NCBI GenBank assembly: GCA_964606285.1
Contig: CAZSFP010000002.1
Location: forward strand, 109,890 to 166,506
DNA: 56,617 bases
Origin: an uncultured Candidatus Saccharibacteria bacterium
GTDB taxonomy: Bacteria > Patescibacteriota > Minisyncoccia > Phycocordibacterales > UBA9973
Reading direction: 5' to 3'
The notes under the pieces were generated by a model. The model did not search any database, was not told where the DNA came from, and saw only the letters and a list, made by a program, of their open reading frames with translations. The translations under genes were made by a program, and so were the position numbers. Numbering within the stretch: position 1 is the stretch's first letter; each line of letters begins with the position of its first letter. Shown one piece after another: positions 36,740-45,147 of the stretch.

Positions 36740-38689
36740 CTATTTTTCAATCCGATTTTTCATTGCATCGATGAGAAAAAGAAACGGAAGCGCAAATTGG
36801 ATCATATAGAGATATCTGAAATCTCTCGCGACTCCAAAGAAAAATAATATAGGAATATTTATTCCAACAAGAAGTATGAAACCAAGGAGATCGTATTTTT
36901 TTCTCTGCAATGCTTGAACAAAGAAATATCCATATACAAGGATGTATGTGAGGTGAAACCAGAATATGAATCGTTGTGGGGATTTTGTTGACCATGTGAG
37001 ATATGAATCAAAAAACGCATGAAGATGTTTGTTTGGCGACTGTTGTATTCCATACGCATTCATGTCTATTTTGGGGTGATATAAATATTGCAATTGTATG
37101 TTTCCAAGACCAATCAATGATGAGAAAAGGCATATGCGGTCGCTAAAAAAATATCGAGGGTGCCGCACTATGAGAGAGTCAATCATAGTATTGAATTCAG
37201 AAGCAAATTGTTTTTTGGAAAAAACAGCAGTGCGTATAGGACTATTGTTTATACGAATATAATCAATCGCCGTGCAATTGTATCGCGCTTGAAATTCTTC
37301 AACAGGCATAACTTGTTCGATCAGGGTAATGTTTTTTTCTGTGAAAGAATATCCTTTCTGCAGGCTGTTTCCCAGAACTTGCAGTCTGACAAATTCTCTG
37401 GAAAGTGCGGCAGTATAATTTGTGACGTTGAGAGCAGTAAACAATATACCATTGAAAAAAATATAAAATAATCCAATTGATGATACTAGTACCATCAATT
37501 TTTTTGTGGTAATTATTTTGAACAAGAAATATATGAGAGGTAGGAAGAGCAGATACAATACGCCATTGTGACGGATGTTTGCTATGAGAACGGTTAAAAA
37601 TCCTACAAAAATAACATCAATATTTTTAACTTCTTCTTTATTTCGGTAATGTTTTATAAATAGGATTGAAAGAAAGGTGATAAGTTGTGCGAAAAGAACA
37701 TCTTTCCATAATGTTACGTTATACACACCAATGGATGGCATGATCAAAAAAATAACAAACACAATCATTGTTTTTGTTTTGGAAACTCCTTGTTTTTCAA
37801 AAAATACCAATGAATACGCAAGGATAAAAGAAGTCACACATATTTGAAACAGTGCAATGATTGCCGGTGAATCCCATATATGACGGAGAAGTCCTGTCAA
37901 TACAGAGTTGATAAAAGGATGCGCGTTGTCATAGATACCTGTACCTGCCTGTCCCCAGATAGAAATAGAATCAAAACTCATGGTACCCGGAAAGAATGCC
38001 ATGAGCCAGGAAACATAGACGATGAATGATAGAAAAAATAGTGCCATAAATCGTTTCTGTTCCTGTATAATTTTAAACAAAGTTTCCTTTCGGATAAAAT
38101 ATAAAATAGTACCTATTCCAAAGTAAAAAAGAACAAACAGCAAGGAGTACACTGTATTCTTTTCAGTATCAATCACATCAATTTTATCTGTTAGTATTCC
38201 AGTATAAACTAACTGGGGATCATTTCCTGTAGTTTCCAAGTGAAGCATATTGTTCCTCACTTCTTTTAATGAATAATCTACCTGTCCGGAAAATTTAGCG
38301 AGTATTTCCTGTGGTCCCCATGAAAATGTCTCTTGTTTTGTCTTGAGCGATATTTTCTCGATTTCTATCTCCTTTGTTATACTCCCCGTGTCAAGTCGAA
38401 AACCGATAATGCGTGTCGGAGCAACGGGAAGGGTAAATATGGTTGATTGTATTTCATTTGATGAAGAGATCCTTGCCTGGAGAGACTCTTGCTCGTTAAA
38501 ACCGTTTCCTGTATCATAAAATAATTGGTACGTGTCTTCTGTTTGAACTTTGCTGTCGACGACAATTTGCACCCGATGATAAAATGTATGCGTGTTGATG
38601 GAGTACAATGATGCTGAAAGCAGCGCCATTCCAATCACCGCCAACATCACTGTTTTTTGTCTGAGAATTTCCATATTTTTTAGGGGCAA
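36740..38689 (-). CDS. polytopic membrane protein with N-terminal extracytoplasmic domain (candidate GT-C-like glycosyltransferase or polymerase)
   Basis: Up to 649 aa. The track start is TTG; ATG 38674 (MEILRQK...) is likely. It has a TM anchor, a ~135-aa domain paralogous to the N-terminus of 9780..11567, and then >10 TM helices. Confidence 0.7.
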   Translation of the reverse strand: MPLKNMEILRQKTVMLAVIGMALLSASLYSINTHTFYHRVQIVVDSKVQTEDTYQLFYDTGNGFNEQESLQARISSSNEIQSTIFTLPVAPTRIIGFRLDTGSITKEIEIEKISLKTKQETFSWGPQEILAKFSGQVDYSLKEVRNNMLHLETTGNDPQLVYTGILTDKIDVIDTEKNTVYSLLFVLFYFGIGTILYFIRKETLFKIIQEQKRFMALFFLSFIVYVSWLMAFFPGTMSFDSISIWGQAGTGIYDNAHPFINSVLTGLLRHIWDSPAIIALFQICVTSFILAYSLVFFEKQGVSKTKTMIVFVIFLIMPSIGVYNVTLWKDVLFAQLITFLSILFIKHYRNKEEVKNIDVIFVGFLTVLIANIRHNGVLYLLFLPLIYFLFKIITTKKLMVLVSSIGLFYIFFNGILFTALNVTNYTAALSREFVRLQVLGNSLQKGYSFTEKNITLIEQVMPVEEFQARYNCTAIDYIRINNSPIRTAVFSKKQFASEFNTMIDSLIVRHPRYFFSDRICLFSSLIGLGNIQLQYLYHPKIDMNAYGIQQSPNKHLHAFFDSYLTWSTKSPQRFIFWFHLTYILVYGYFFVQALQRKKYDLLGFILLVGINIPILFFFGVARDFRYLYMIQFALPFLFLIDAMKNRIEK

Positions 38690-38826
38690 AGTCAGAAACG
38701 ATTATTATGCGTGATAAGGTTAAATATATCACATTTGCTTGCAAAATAAAATTGAAGATATGAAATGATCTTGGTACTGATTATTATTTTATGCGTTCAG
38801 CATTTTGCTCCACCCATGTTACACAT

Positions 38827-39186
38827 ATGAACATTTTTTTATTCATCATAATTTATTTGATTTGCAGTACTGCCGGACTTGCTCTGTTGAAGACGAGCGT
38901 GAGCGGTATAGAAATTAATTCCCTGATATCTTTTGTAAAACTGGCAGGAAGCTATAAATTTATTCTTGGGTTTTTATTATATGCTAGCAGTTTTCTCACA
39001 TGGATCCTTATTTTGAGCAGGAAAGACCTATCGTATATCTATCCCATAGTGATCGGACTAAGTTATTTCTTTGTTATGGGGATGGCGGTCATTATTTTAA
39101 GAGAGAATTTCACCATAGGAAAGTTTATCGGAGCAGTACTCATCGGGCTTGGTATCGTTGTGATGTTTCTCCAAAATAATGCGTAA
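38827..39186 (+). CDS. small 4-TM EamA/SMR-like protein (second copy of this type)
   Basis: I prefer ATG 38827 (MNIFLFIIIYL...). C-terminal ...LRENFTIGKFIGAVLIGLGIVVMF... resembles the tail of 17421..17762. Confidence 0.6.
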   Translation: MNIFLFIIIYLICSTAGLALLKTSVSGIEINSLISFVKLAGSYKFILGFLLYASSFLTWILILSRKDLSYIYPIVIGLSYFFVMGMAVIILRENFTIGKFIGAVLIGLGIVVMFLQNNA

Positions 39187-39318
39187 ATGGTAAACCATTC
39201 TGACTATGATTAAAGAAAACACGATTATATGTGGATAACTTCATTGTATTTATGTTAGTGTATATAGTATACTTCCTGTATATATTTATTATATTAATTA
39301 CTATTATTTAGTATCCTC

Positions 39319-40170
39319 ATGAAACATTTTCAATTGTATCGAAACATAGTCGCACTCGCTGTCATCGCGCTCCTTTCTGGTGGTGCAATTGTTTATGCAG
39401 ATTTTATCAGAACAGATGGCTCTGATAGTACTTTCGGATATGGATATGGATATGATACCGAGACTCTCGAATATGGATATGGATATGGATATGGGGAAAA
39501 TTATCTTGGTCTTACAGACTCTGAATTATACGGATTTCCAGGTAGTGATGGTGCTGCGGATGATATTACTGCTACCGCAACCTCTTGTACAACAGCAACT
39601 ATTTCATATACATCGGATTACCTTGCTGAACATCGAGTTGGATATGGTATTTCAACTATAACAGCTGTTACTTCATATACTGATTTTGAAACTGGTACTA
39701 ATTCTATTAGTTTGACAGGACTCTCTGCGTCAACAACATATAAATACATGGTTGGTTCTCGTGATGTGGGTGACAATGTGTGGCCTTCTCATACAAGTGA
39801 TTTCCCGACATTTACAACACCAGCTTGTTCATCAGGTGGTAGTGGTGGTGGAGCCGTTCTCTATGGTGGCGGACAAGTTTTGCTCAATAATCCATCTTCT
39901 AATAATAGTGTTTCAGGAAATGCTTTGTTTCCTCGAAATGTTCTCAAAATAGGAGTTAGGGGTAATGATATCAAGGATCTCCAAAAATGTTTGAACAAAC
40001 AAGGTATACTTATTGCCAAGAATGGTGCTGGATCACCAGGAAAAGAAACAACATTGTTCGGTTCTCTTACCAAGAAAGCTCTTCAGAAATTCCAAAAAGC
40101 ACATGGTTTGAAGCAGGATGGAATATTTGGCCCACTTACTCGAGCAGTAGCAGAAAGTGTTTGTAAATAA
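39319..40170 (+). CDS. secreted protein: GYGYGY repeats / Fn3-like domain / C-terminal peptidoglycan-binding domain
   Basis: Signal/anchor helix, two (GY)n runs, an Fn3-like segment (...ISYTSDYLAEHRVGYG...LTGLSASTTYKYMV...), a G/S linker, and a PG_binding_1-like tail (...LQKFQKAHGLKQDGIFGPLTRAV...). Confidence 0.75.
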   Translation: MKHFQLYRNIVALAVIALLSGGAIVYADFIRTDGSDSTFGYGYGYDTETLEYGYGYGYGENYLGLTDSELYGFPGSDGAADDITATATSCTTATISYTSDYLAEHRVGYGISTITAVTSYTDFETGTNSISLTGLSASTTYKYMVGSRDVGDNVWPSHTSDFPTFTTPACSSGGSGGGAVLYGGGQVLLNNPSSNNSVSGNALFPRNVLKIGVRGNDIKDLQKCLNKQGILIAKNGAGSPGKETTLFGSLTKKALQKFQKAHGLKQDGIFGPLTRAVAESVCK

Positions 40171-40214
40171 TAAGATTATTACCACAAAAGCCCTCACAAA
40201 GGGCTTTTGTTTTG

Positions 40215-40220
40215 TATAAT
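40215..40220 (+). promoter_or_regulatory. -10 box TATAAT, 7 nt upstream of ATG 40228
   Basis: TTTGTATAAT-aactagt-ATG. Confidence 0.45.
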
Positions 40221-40227
40221 AACTAGT

Positions 40228-40464
40228 ATGCAACAACCCCGATTGATTCATGTGAGAACAACTCCTGACGCAAGAACAGATAGTATAGAAGAAAGACTTC
40301 TTGATCATTACGATGTATCCGTGCGGGTACCAGCACAAGGTGGACAAGCAAATAAAAGAGTTTGTGAACTTCTTGCTCGTCATTTTTCTGTACCTGTGGA
40401 TAACGTCATAATCATCCGGGGTGGTAGGTCACCAAAGAAAATTATTGCAATATACGGAGTGTGA
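40228..40464 (+). CDS. DUF167 (YggU/UPF0235) family protein
   Basis: I prefer ATG 40228 (MQQPRLIHV...). ...VRVPAQGGQANKRVCELLARHFSVPVDNVIIIRGGRSPKKII... is the DUF167 core. Confidence 0.8.
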   Translation: MQQPRLIHVRTTPDARTDSIEERLLDHYDVSVRVPAQGGQANKRVCELLARHFSVPVDNVIIIRGGRSPKKIIAIYGV

Positions 40465-40508
40465 TATACTATATATGGTCGCACCAAAATAATCATTGGA
40501 AAAACCAC

Positions 40509-40859
40509 ATGAACATTGCAATAAAGGGGCGAAATATGGAGTTAACAAGTGCTATTCGGGATTATATTGAGCAAAAGCTTGCTGGTCTCGAACGTTTTGT
40601 AAAGAATGAAGGGCGAGTAGCTGTGGAGGTTGGGAAAACCACCAATCATCACAAGCATGGCAAGATCTTTAAAGCAGATCTCCATGCGACTGTTCTTGGA
40701 AAAGAACATTTTGTATCTGCAGAAAGTGCGGATTTGTACGGAGCAATAGATGATGCGAAAGATGAATTGACCAGAAATCTGACCGGTAGACGCGCGCGTG
40801 CAATCGCACTGTTTCGCAGAGGATCTCAAAGAATAAAAAAACTTTTACGGCTTGAATAA
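40509..40859 (+). CDS. hpf: ribosome hibernation promoting factor / RaiA family (short form)
   Basis: I prefer ATG 40509. [30 protein letters not shown]... is the typical HPF N-terminus. Confidence 0.85.
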   Translation: MNIAIKGRNMELTSAIRDYIEQKLAGLERFVKNEGRVAVEVGKTTNHHKHGKIFKADLHATVLGKEHFVSAESADLYGAIDDAKDELTRNLTGRRARAIALFRRGSQRIKKLLRLE

Positions 40860-40870
40860 AGCAATAAGAA

Positions 40871-40896
40871 AAACCGCGTCTAACGCGGTTTTTCTT
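40871..40896. terminator. bidirectional intrinsic terminator
   Basis: AAAAACCGCG-tcta-ACGCGGTTTTTC. Confidence 0.75.
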
Positions 40897-41033
40897 TTGT
40901 ATGGGAATTAACTCTCCTCCTTGTTGAGGAGGAGCACCCGTCAGGGGGAGGTGGTGATCTTGTATTACTAGAATTACTACCCCGTCTCGAGTACGAGCTC
41001 CCCTCCTTACTCAAGGAGGGGAGTGGATATAAC

Positions 41034-41882
41034 TTACAAATTATTCTTTTTAAATTCCTCAAAACTTATTTCCTTTTTTCCTTCAGGGGTAACCTTGGTT
41101 GGAATAAAATTTCCATTTTCAAATACTGCTTCAGTAATCTTTATTCGTTTTCCATCAACAAAGAAAAAGACCCCAGGCCAGCCATAATATGCGCGGTATT
41201 TGTTGTAATTCTTGATCGAATCATCTGCAAGATCTATGAGCCCGTCTTCTTTTTTGATTTTTCCGCACGTCGACACTCCTTCGTTATTTTGTTTCTGTGG
41301 TTGGATAGATTCATCGATAATTTGTGGTAACGTTTGTGCGAGAAGTTCTCCGCCGATTTTAATGAGTCGTTTACGCAATGCCGGTGCTGTTTCATTCGGA
41401 TCTATGACTGTTTTTTCTTCAGCGAGGATATCGCCGGCATCAAGGGCGAGTACCATTTGTTGGATTGTAACGCCTGTTTCCGTATCACCATGAAGAATGG
41501 CCGATTCAACAGGGGATGCACCGCGATACTTTGGCAGGAGTGAATAATGGATGTTGATCGTGCCTTTTTGGGGCAGATCGATAATTTTTTGTGAAAGGAT
41601 TTTGCCGTAAGCAACAACGATTGATAGTTGAAAGTGAAAAGTAGAAAGTTGTAAAGTAAATGCATCATCCAGTTTTTCCGGTTGGAGACATGGAATGTTG
41701 TGTGTCAATGCCCATGCTTTCACTGGTGGTGGCGTGAGAGTTAACCCACGGCCCTGTGGTCGATCAGGGGCCGTAATAATGACACTTGGAATATATCCAT
41801 GGGCGGAAAGTATTTCAAGGGTATCCGCAGCAACATCTGGGGTTCCCCAAAATGCAAATTGTATTTTTTCTGTATTGTTCAT
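41034..41882 (-). CDS. fmt: methionyl-tRNA formyltransferase
   Basis: ...FWGTPDVAADTLEIL...VITAPDRPQGRG... and ...IHYSLLPKYRGASPVESAI... It follows def, the classic def-fmt order. Confidence 0.9.
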   Translation of the reverse strand: MNNTEKIQFAFWGTPDVAADTLEILSAHGYIPSVIITAPDRPQGRGLTLTPPPVKAWALTHNIPCLQPEKLDDAFTLQLSTFHFQLSIVVAYGKILSQKIIDLPQKGTINIHYSLLPKYRGASPVESAILHGDTETGVTIQQMVLALDAGDILAEEKTVIDPNETAPALRKRLIKIGGELLAQTLPQIIDESIQPQKQNNEGVSTCGKIKKEDGLIDLADDSIKNYNKYRAYYGWPGVFFFVDGKRIKITEAVFENGNFIPTKVTPEGKKEISFEEFKKNNL

Positions 41883-41909
41883 GGATCTTACTAAGTCTTT
41901 GTGCTTGTA

Positions 41910-42437
41910 CTATGTGCTTTTCTCCGGCGGGACTTCTTTTATATTTGTTGCAGTGTCGATAAAGAGAATGCCGTCGAGGTGATCGATCTCATGCTGGAAT
42001 ATCTGGGCGAGAAGTCCGCTGCCGTCGACAACTTTTTTTTGTCCTCGTTCATCATATGCTTCGACGGTTGCACGGGAGGCGCGTTTGACGCGGCCATAGA
42101 GCCAGCGAACGGACAGACAGCCTTCTTCCATACTTTTCTTGTCTTTTGATTTCTTGATGATGGTTGGATTGATGAACACATGATCGGTCCATGTTGCCGG
42201 TGCCGGACCACGACGCTTTGCGAGTGATTCATCAAAGAAGCGTCCAGAGACGAGAAATATGCGCTCAGCGATGCCTACCTGTGGTGCTGCGATAGCGACA
42301 CCATCATCTTGTTCGCGAAGCGCCTGACTCATCATGTCGAGAGACTTTTGCAATTTTTTTGTACCAATAGTCTCAAGATCCACCTCTCGTGCGGATGTCC
42401 GGAGTACTTTTTCTTCTTGTTGAAGGATGGGAATCAT
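41910..42437 (-). CDS. def: peptide deformylase
   Basis: Motifs GVAIAAPQVG, EGCLS and QHEIDHLDG are all present. Confidence 0.95.
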   Translation of the reverse strand: MIPILQQEEKVLRTSAREVDLETIGTKKLQKSLDMMSQALREQDDGVAIAAPQVGIAERIFLVSGRFFDESLAKRRGPAPATWTDHVFINPTIIKKSKDKKSMEEGCLSVRWLYGRVKRASRATVEAYDERGQKKVVDGSGLLAQIFQHEIDHLDGILFIDTATNIKEVPPEKST

Positions 42438-42446
42438 GAGAACGAA

Positions 42447-43745
42447 TTATTTTATTTCTTTGAGATATTCGAGGAGCTTTGCCATCGGAACAGTGTCTTG
42501 TGATCGGGTGTTCATGTCGCGGACGATGACGGAGTTTTCAAGCGCTTCTTTCTGTCCGAAAATAAGCGCGTGTGAGACGCCTGCTTTCTCGGCGATGGCG
42601 AGCTGCGTGCCGATGTTGTCTTTGGACAAATTTTGAATAATCGGGATCTTTGCTTTGCGGAGAATTTCGATGATGTTGAGGCTTTTCAATTTTGCTTCGA
42701 AGCCGAGCTGGATGAATGCCATCTTTGGTTTCTTGATGACTTTTGGCGTCAATTTTGAGAACCATGGCGCTTCGACAACGCGGTCGACGCCGATGGCGCC
42801 GCCGACTGCCGGAATATCGCGCTTTGAGCCGAGCATTTTGCCGAGATAGTCATACCGGCCGCCGGCTGCGATCGTGAGCGGTTCGCCGTTTTCTCCTGCG
42901 CCTTGTTCCACGATTTCAAAGACCGTGTGCGTGTAGTAGGAGAGGCCGCGGACGAGATTTTTGTTGATGCGGTAATTGATACCCATTTGTTCGAGGTATT
43001 CGAGCACTTGTTTGAAGTGTTTCTTTGCATCGCCGGTGAGGAATGAGATTGCATCCGGTGCACCCTCGTTGACTTCCATGGTTTTTGGATCTTTGGAATC
43101 GAGGATGCGGAGTGGATTGGTCTTCAATCGTTCACGGTCGATAGGACCGAGACTTGATGCATGTTTGCGGTAGTATGCGGTCAATTCTTTCAAATAGTGC
43201 GGACGACATTCTTTGTCACCGATCGAGTTGATATCGACGACGAGGTCTTTTGCGCCGGCATCTTCGAGAATTGCGACCATGGATTTGATCACGAGTGCAT
43301 CACAGATGCTTTTCTCACTGCCGATGACTTCGATGCCGAATTGCCGGAATTCGCGATAGCGGCCGCGTTGCGGTTTGTCGTGACGGAAGAGCGGGCCATA
43401 GTAGTAGAGCATGACCGGTTGTGGCAATGCGAGCATGCCGTGTTCGATATATGCGCGCATGACGCCGGCGGTGCCTTCCGGTCGCATCGCAAAGTGATCA
43501 CCACCCTTGGTTTTGAGGGTGTACATTTCTTTGTCGACGATATCGGTACCAACACCAACGCCGCTAGTGAACACGTCTTCGTGTTCGAGGATCGGTGTTT
43601 CGATCGGTTTGAAACCGTAGTAGACGGCGATTTCCTGGGCTTTTTCAAAGAATCCCTGATACGAATAATATGCTTCGTTCATGAGATCGTGCATGCCTTT
43701 CGGGCTTGTTGACGGTTCTTTTTTTGGTTTTGCTTTTTCTGACAT
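42447..43745 (-). CDS. hisS: histidine--tRNA ligase
   Basis: 432 aa class II aaRS. ...PKGMHDLM..., ...FAMRPEGTAGVMRAY..., ...LYYYGPLFRHDKPQRGRYREFRQFGIEVIG..., ...AAGGRYD... Confidence 0.95.
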   Translation of the reverse strand: MSEKAKPKKEPSTSPKGMHDLMNEAYYSYQGFFEKAQEIAVYYGFKPIETPILEHEDVFTSGVGVGTDIVDKEMYTLKTKGGDHFAMRPEGTAGVMRAYIEHGMLALPQPVMLYYYGPLFRHDKPQRGRYREFRQFGIEVIGSEKSICDALVIKSMVAILEDAGAKDLVVDINSIGDKECRPHYLKELTAYYRKHASSLGPIDRERLKTNPLRILDSKDPKTMEVNEGAPDAISFLTGDAKKHFKQVLEYLEQMGINYRINKNLVRGLSYYTHTVFEIVEQGAGENGEPLTIAAGGRYDYLGKMLGSKRDIPAVGGAIGVDRVVEAPWFSKLTPKVIKKPKMAFIQLGFEAKLKSLNIIEILRKAKIPIIQNLSKDNIGTQLAIAEKAGVSHALIFGQKEALENSVIVRDMNTRSQDTVPMAKLLEYLKEIK

Positions 43746-43750
43746 ATATT

Positions 43751-44317
43751 TTATTTAGTAAACGGTTCCTTGCCGGGAAGATAGTTGATAAGTGAGAGAG
43801 GGAGGAGGCGGAGGTATGCGCGGCCGATGATGTATGAACGGTCGAGATTGCCCCAGACTCGCGAATCCGAACTGCCGGATCTGTTGTCGCCGAGCACAAA
43901 GTATTCCGTCGGGCCGGTCGTTGTAGTCAAGTTGTTCTGTGCTGTATTTTGAACGTACTGTTCATCGAGAGAGAATCCTTCAGGATTAGCTTCGTTTTTG
44001 ATGGTGACCTTGCTTCCGTTGATCGATATGGTTTCGTTCGGAAGGCCGATGATGCGCTTGATAAAGAATTTTGAAGGATCTTTCGGATATTTGAAAACGA
44101 TTACATCGCCCCGATGGGGTTCCGTAAATCGATATGAAAGCTCATCAATGATGAGGTAGTCAGCATTGTGAAATGTCGGGAACATGGAAAGACCGGAAAC
44201 GACGAACGGCTGGGCGATGAACATGCGAACAGGGATGACGATGAGGAGGGCGAGAGCGGCGAACTTGATGATATCCCAAAGAGAATCTTGTTTTTTTGGA
44301 GGTTCTTGTGTATCCAT
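43751..44317 (-). CDS. lepB: signal peptidase I
   Basis: TM anchor, SGLSMFPT (catalytic Ser box), GDVIVFKYP, KRIIGLPNE, VLGDNRSGSSDSR. Confidence 0.9.
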   Translation of the reverse strand: MDTQEPPKKQDSLWDIIKFAALALLIVIPVRMFIAQPFVVSGLSMFPTFHNADYLIIDELSYRFTEPHRGDVIVFKYPKDPSKFFIKRIIGLPNETISINGSKVTIKNEANPEGFSLDEQYVQNTAQNNLTTTTGPTEYFVLGDNRSGSSDSRVWGNLDRSYIIGRAYLRLLPLSLINYLPGKEPFTK

Positions 44318-44323
44318 CGCGCT

Positions 44324-44352
44324 ATTATACTATGAATATTCCCTTGACGCAA
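44324..44352 (-). promoter_or_regulatory. promoter TTGCGT-N17-TATAAT, with the -10 box 6 nt upstream of lepB ATG 44317
   Basis: Minus strand reads TTGCGT (44352-44347), a 17-nt spacer, TATAAT (44329-44324), agcgcg, ATG. Confidence 0.5.
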
Positions 44353-44370
44353 AGTGACATATTTAACATA

Positions 44371-44475
44371 GTGCGCTTGTTTTTATATTGTCTTCCAAAA
44401 TCCTGCAAAACTCGTTCGTCTTTGACGAACTCAAACAGTTTCAGATTTTTCCATCCAATATAAAAACAAGCGCAC
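44371..44475. repeat. perfect 19-bp inverted repeat separated by 67 nt
   Basis: GTGCGCTTGTTTTTATATT (44371-44389) is the exact reverse complement of AATATAAAAACAAGCGCAC (44457-44475). An inner 7-bp hairpin GTTCGTC-ttt-GACGAAC is also present. Confidence 0.85.
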
Positions 44476-44513
44476 CACACAAGAATATATTTTTATTTTA
44501 AGTTATTTTCTTG

Positions 44514-44519
44514 TATACT
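44514..44519 (+). promoter_or_regulatory. -10 box TATACT, 6 nt upstream of pth ATG 44526
   Basis: TTGTATACT-caacac-ATG. Confidence 0.45.
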
Positions 44520-44525
44520 CAACAC

Positions 44526-45110
44526 ATGATTATCCTTGGTCTTGGAAATCCTCTCGATGAACATACACTGACACCGCACAATGCCGGCCGGCTCGTGGTT
44601 GAAATGTTGGCAAAAAATGACGGACTTTCGTTCAAACATGATCGCGTCTATAATGCGCGCATTGCCAAAGGAACGCTTGCGGATCGCGAAGTCCTTTATA
44701 TGTTGCCCGAGACATACATGAACGCGTCTGGTCAAAGTCTCGCGCCACTCCTCAAAAATGACGTGTCGGTTGAAAATATCATCGTCATGTATGACGATAT
44801 TGATCTCCCGATGGGAACGATCAAGATTTCGTATGATCGGGGTGATGGCGGCCACAACGGCTTGAAATCCATCATCGCGACGACCGGCACACGCGCATTT
44901 CTCCGTATCCGGATCGGTGTGTGTCCGGTCGATGCCGGCGGCGTCCTCCGCAAGCCGCCAACGCATGAAAAAGTCGGATCGTACCTCCTCTCGCCGATGT
45001 CAAAACGCGAACAAGACATCATCGCTACTGTTTCAGAAAAAATCCATCTCGCACTGCTTCTGATCATCAAGGAAGGAAAAGAAAAAGCGATGACGGAATA
45101 CAATAAATAA
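44526..45110 (+). CDS. pth: peptidyl-tRNA hydrolase
   Basis: I prefer ATG 44526 (MIILGLGNP...; the track start 44511 is TTG). ...TPHNAGRLV..., ...YDDIDLPMGTIKISYDRGDGGHNGLKSI... Confidence 0.93.
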   Translation: MIILGLGNPLDEHTLTPHNAGRLVVEMLAKNDGLSFKHDRVYNARIAKGTLADREVLYMLPETYMNASGQSLAPLLKNDVSVENIIVMYDDIDLPMGTIKISYDRGDGGHNGLKSIIATTGTRAFLRIRIGVCPVDAGGVLRKPPTHEKVGSYLLSPMSKREQDIIATVSEKIHLALLLIIKEGKEKAMTEYNK

Positions 45111-45142
45111 AAAATCCCCCGAATAAATCGAAGGGGATTTTT
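45110..45142. terminator. bidirectional terminator-like hairpin
   Basis: AAAAAATCCCC...GGGGATTTTTGG, between convergent pth and 45148..46038. Confidence 0.6.
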
Positions 45143-45147
45143 GGTTT

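Noticed and set aside
39436-39495. Short tandem (GGATAT)n repeats that could be mistaken for a repeat array
   Set aside because: They lie inside a good ORF and encode GY repeats. There are no spacers and no CRISPR-like periodicity. No CRISPR array or cas gene is visible anywhere in the window.
40880-41062. 60-aa minus-strand ORF across the GC-rich spacer and the end of fmt
   Set aside because: It overlaps the fmt 3' end out of frame, is rich in Ser/Arg/Pro, and runs through two perfect hairpins. An RNA structure explains the region better.
43161-43712. 183-aa ORF, plus ORFs at 42749..43063, 43289..43648 and 43645..43899, overlapping hisS
   Set aside because: These lie antisense or out of frame to a clearly conserved class II aaRS gene. 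Their composition is low-complexity and Arg/Ala/Ser-rich, typical of shadow frames in GC-rich coding DNA, and they have no start context.
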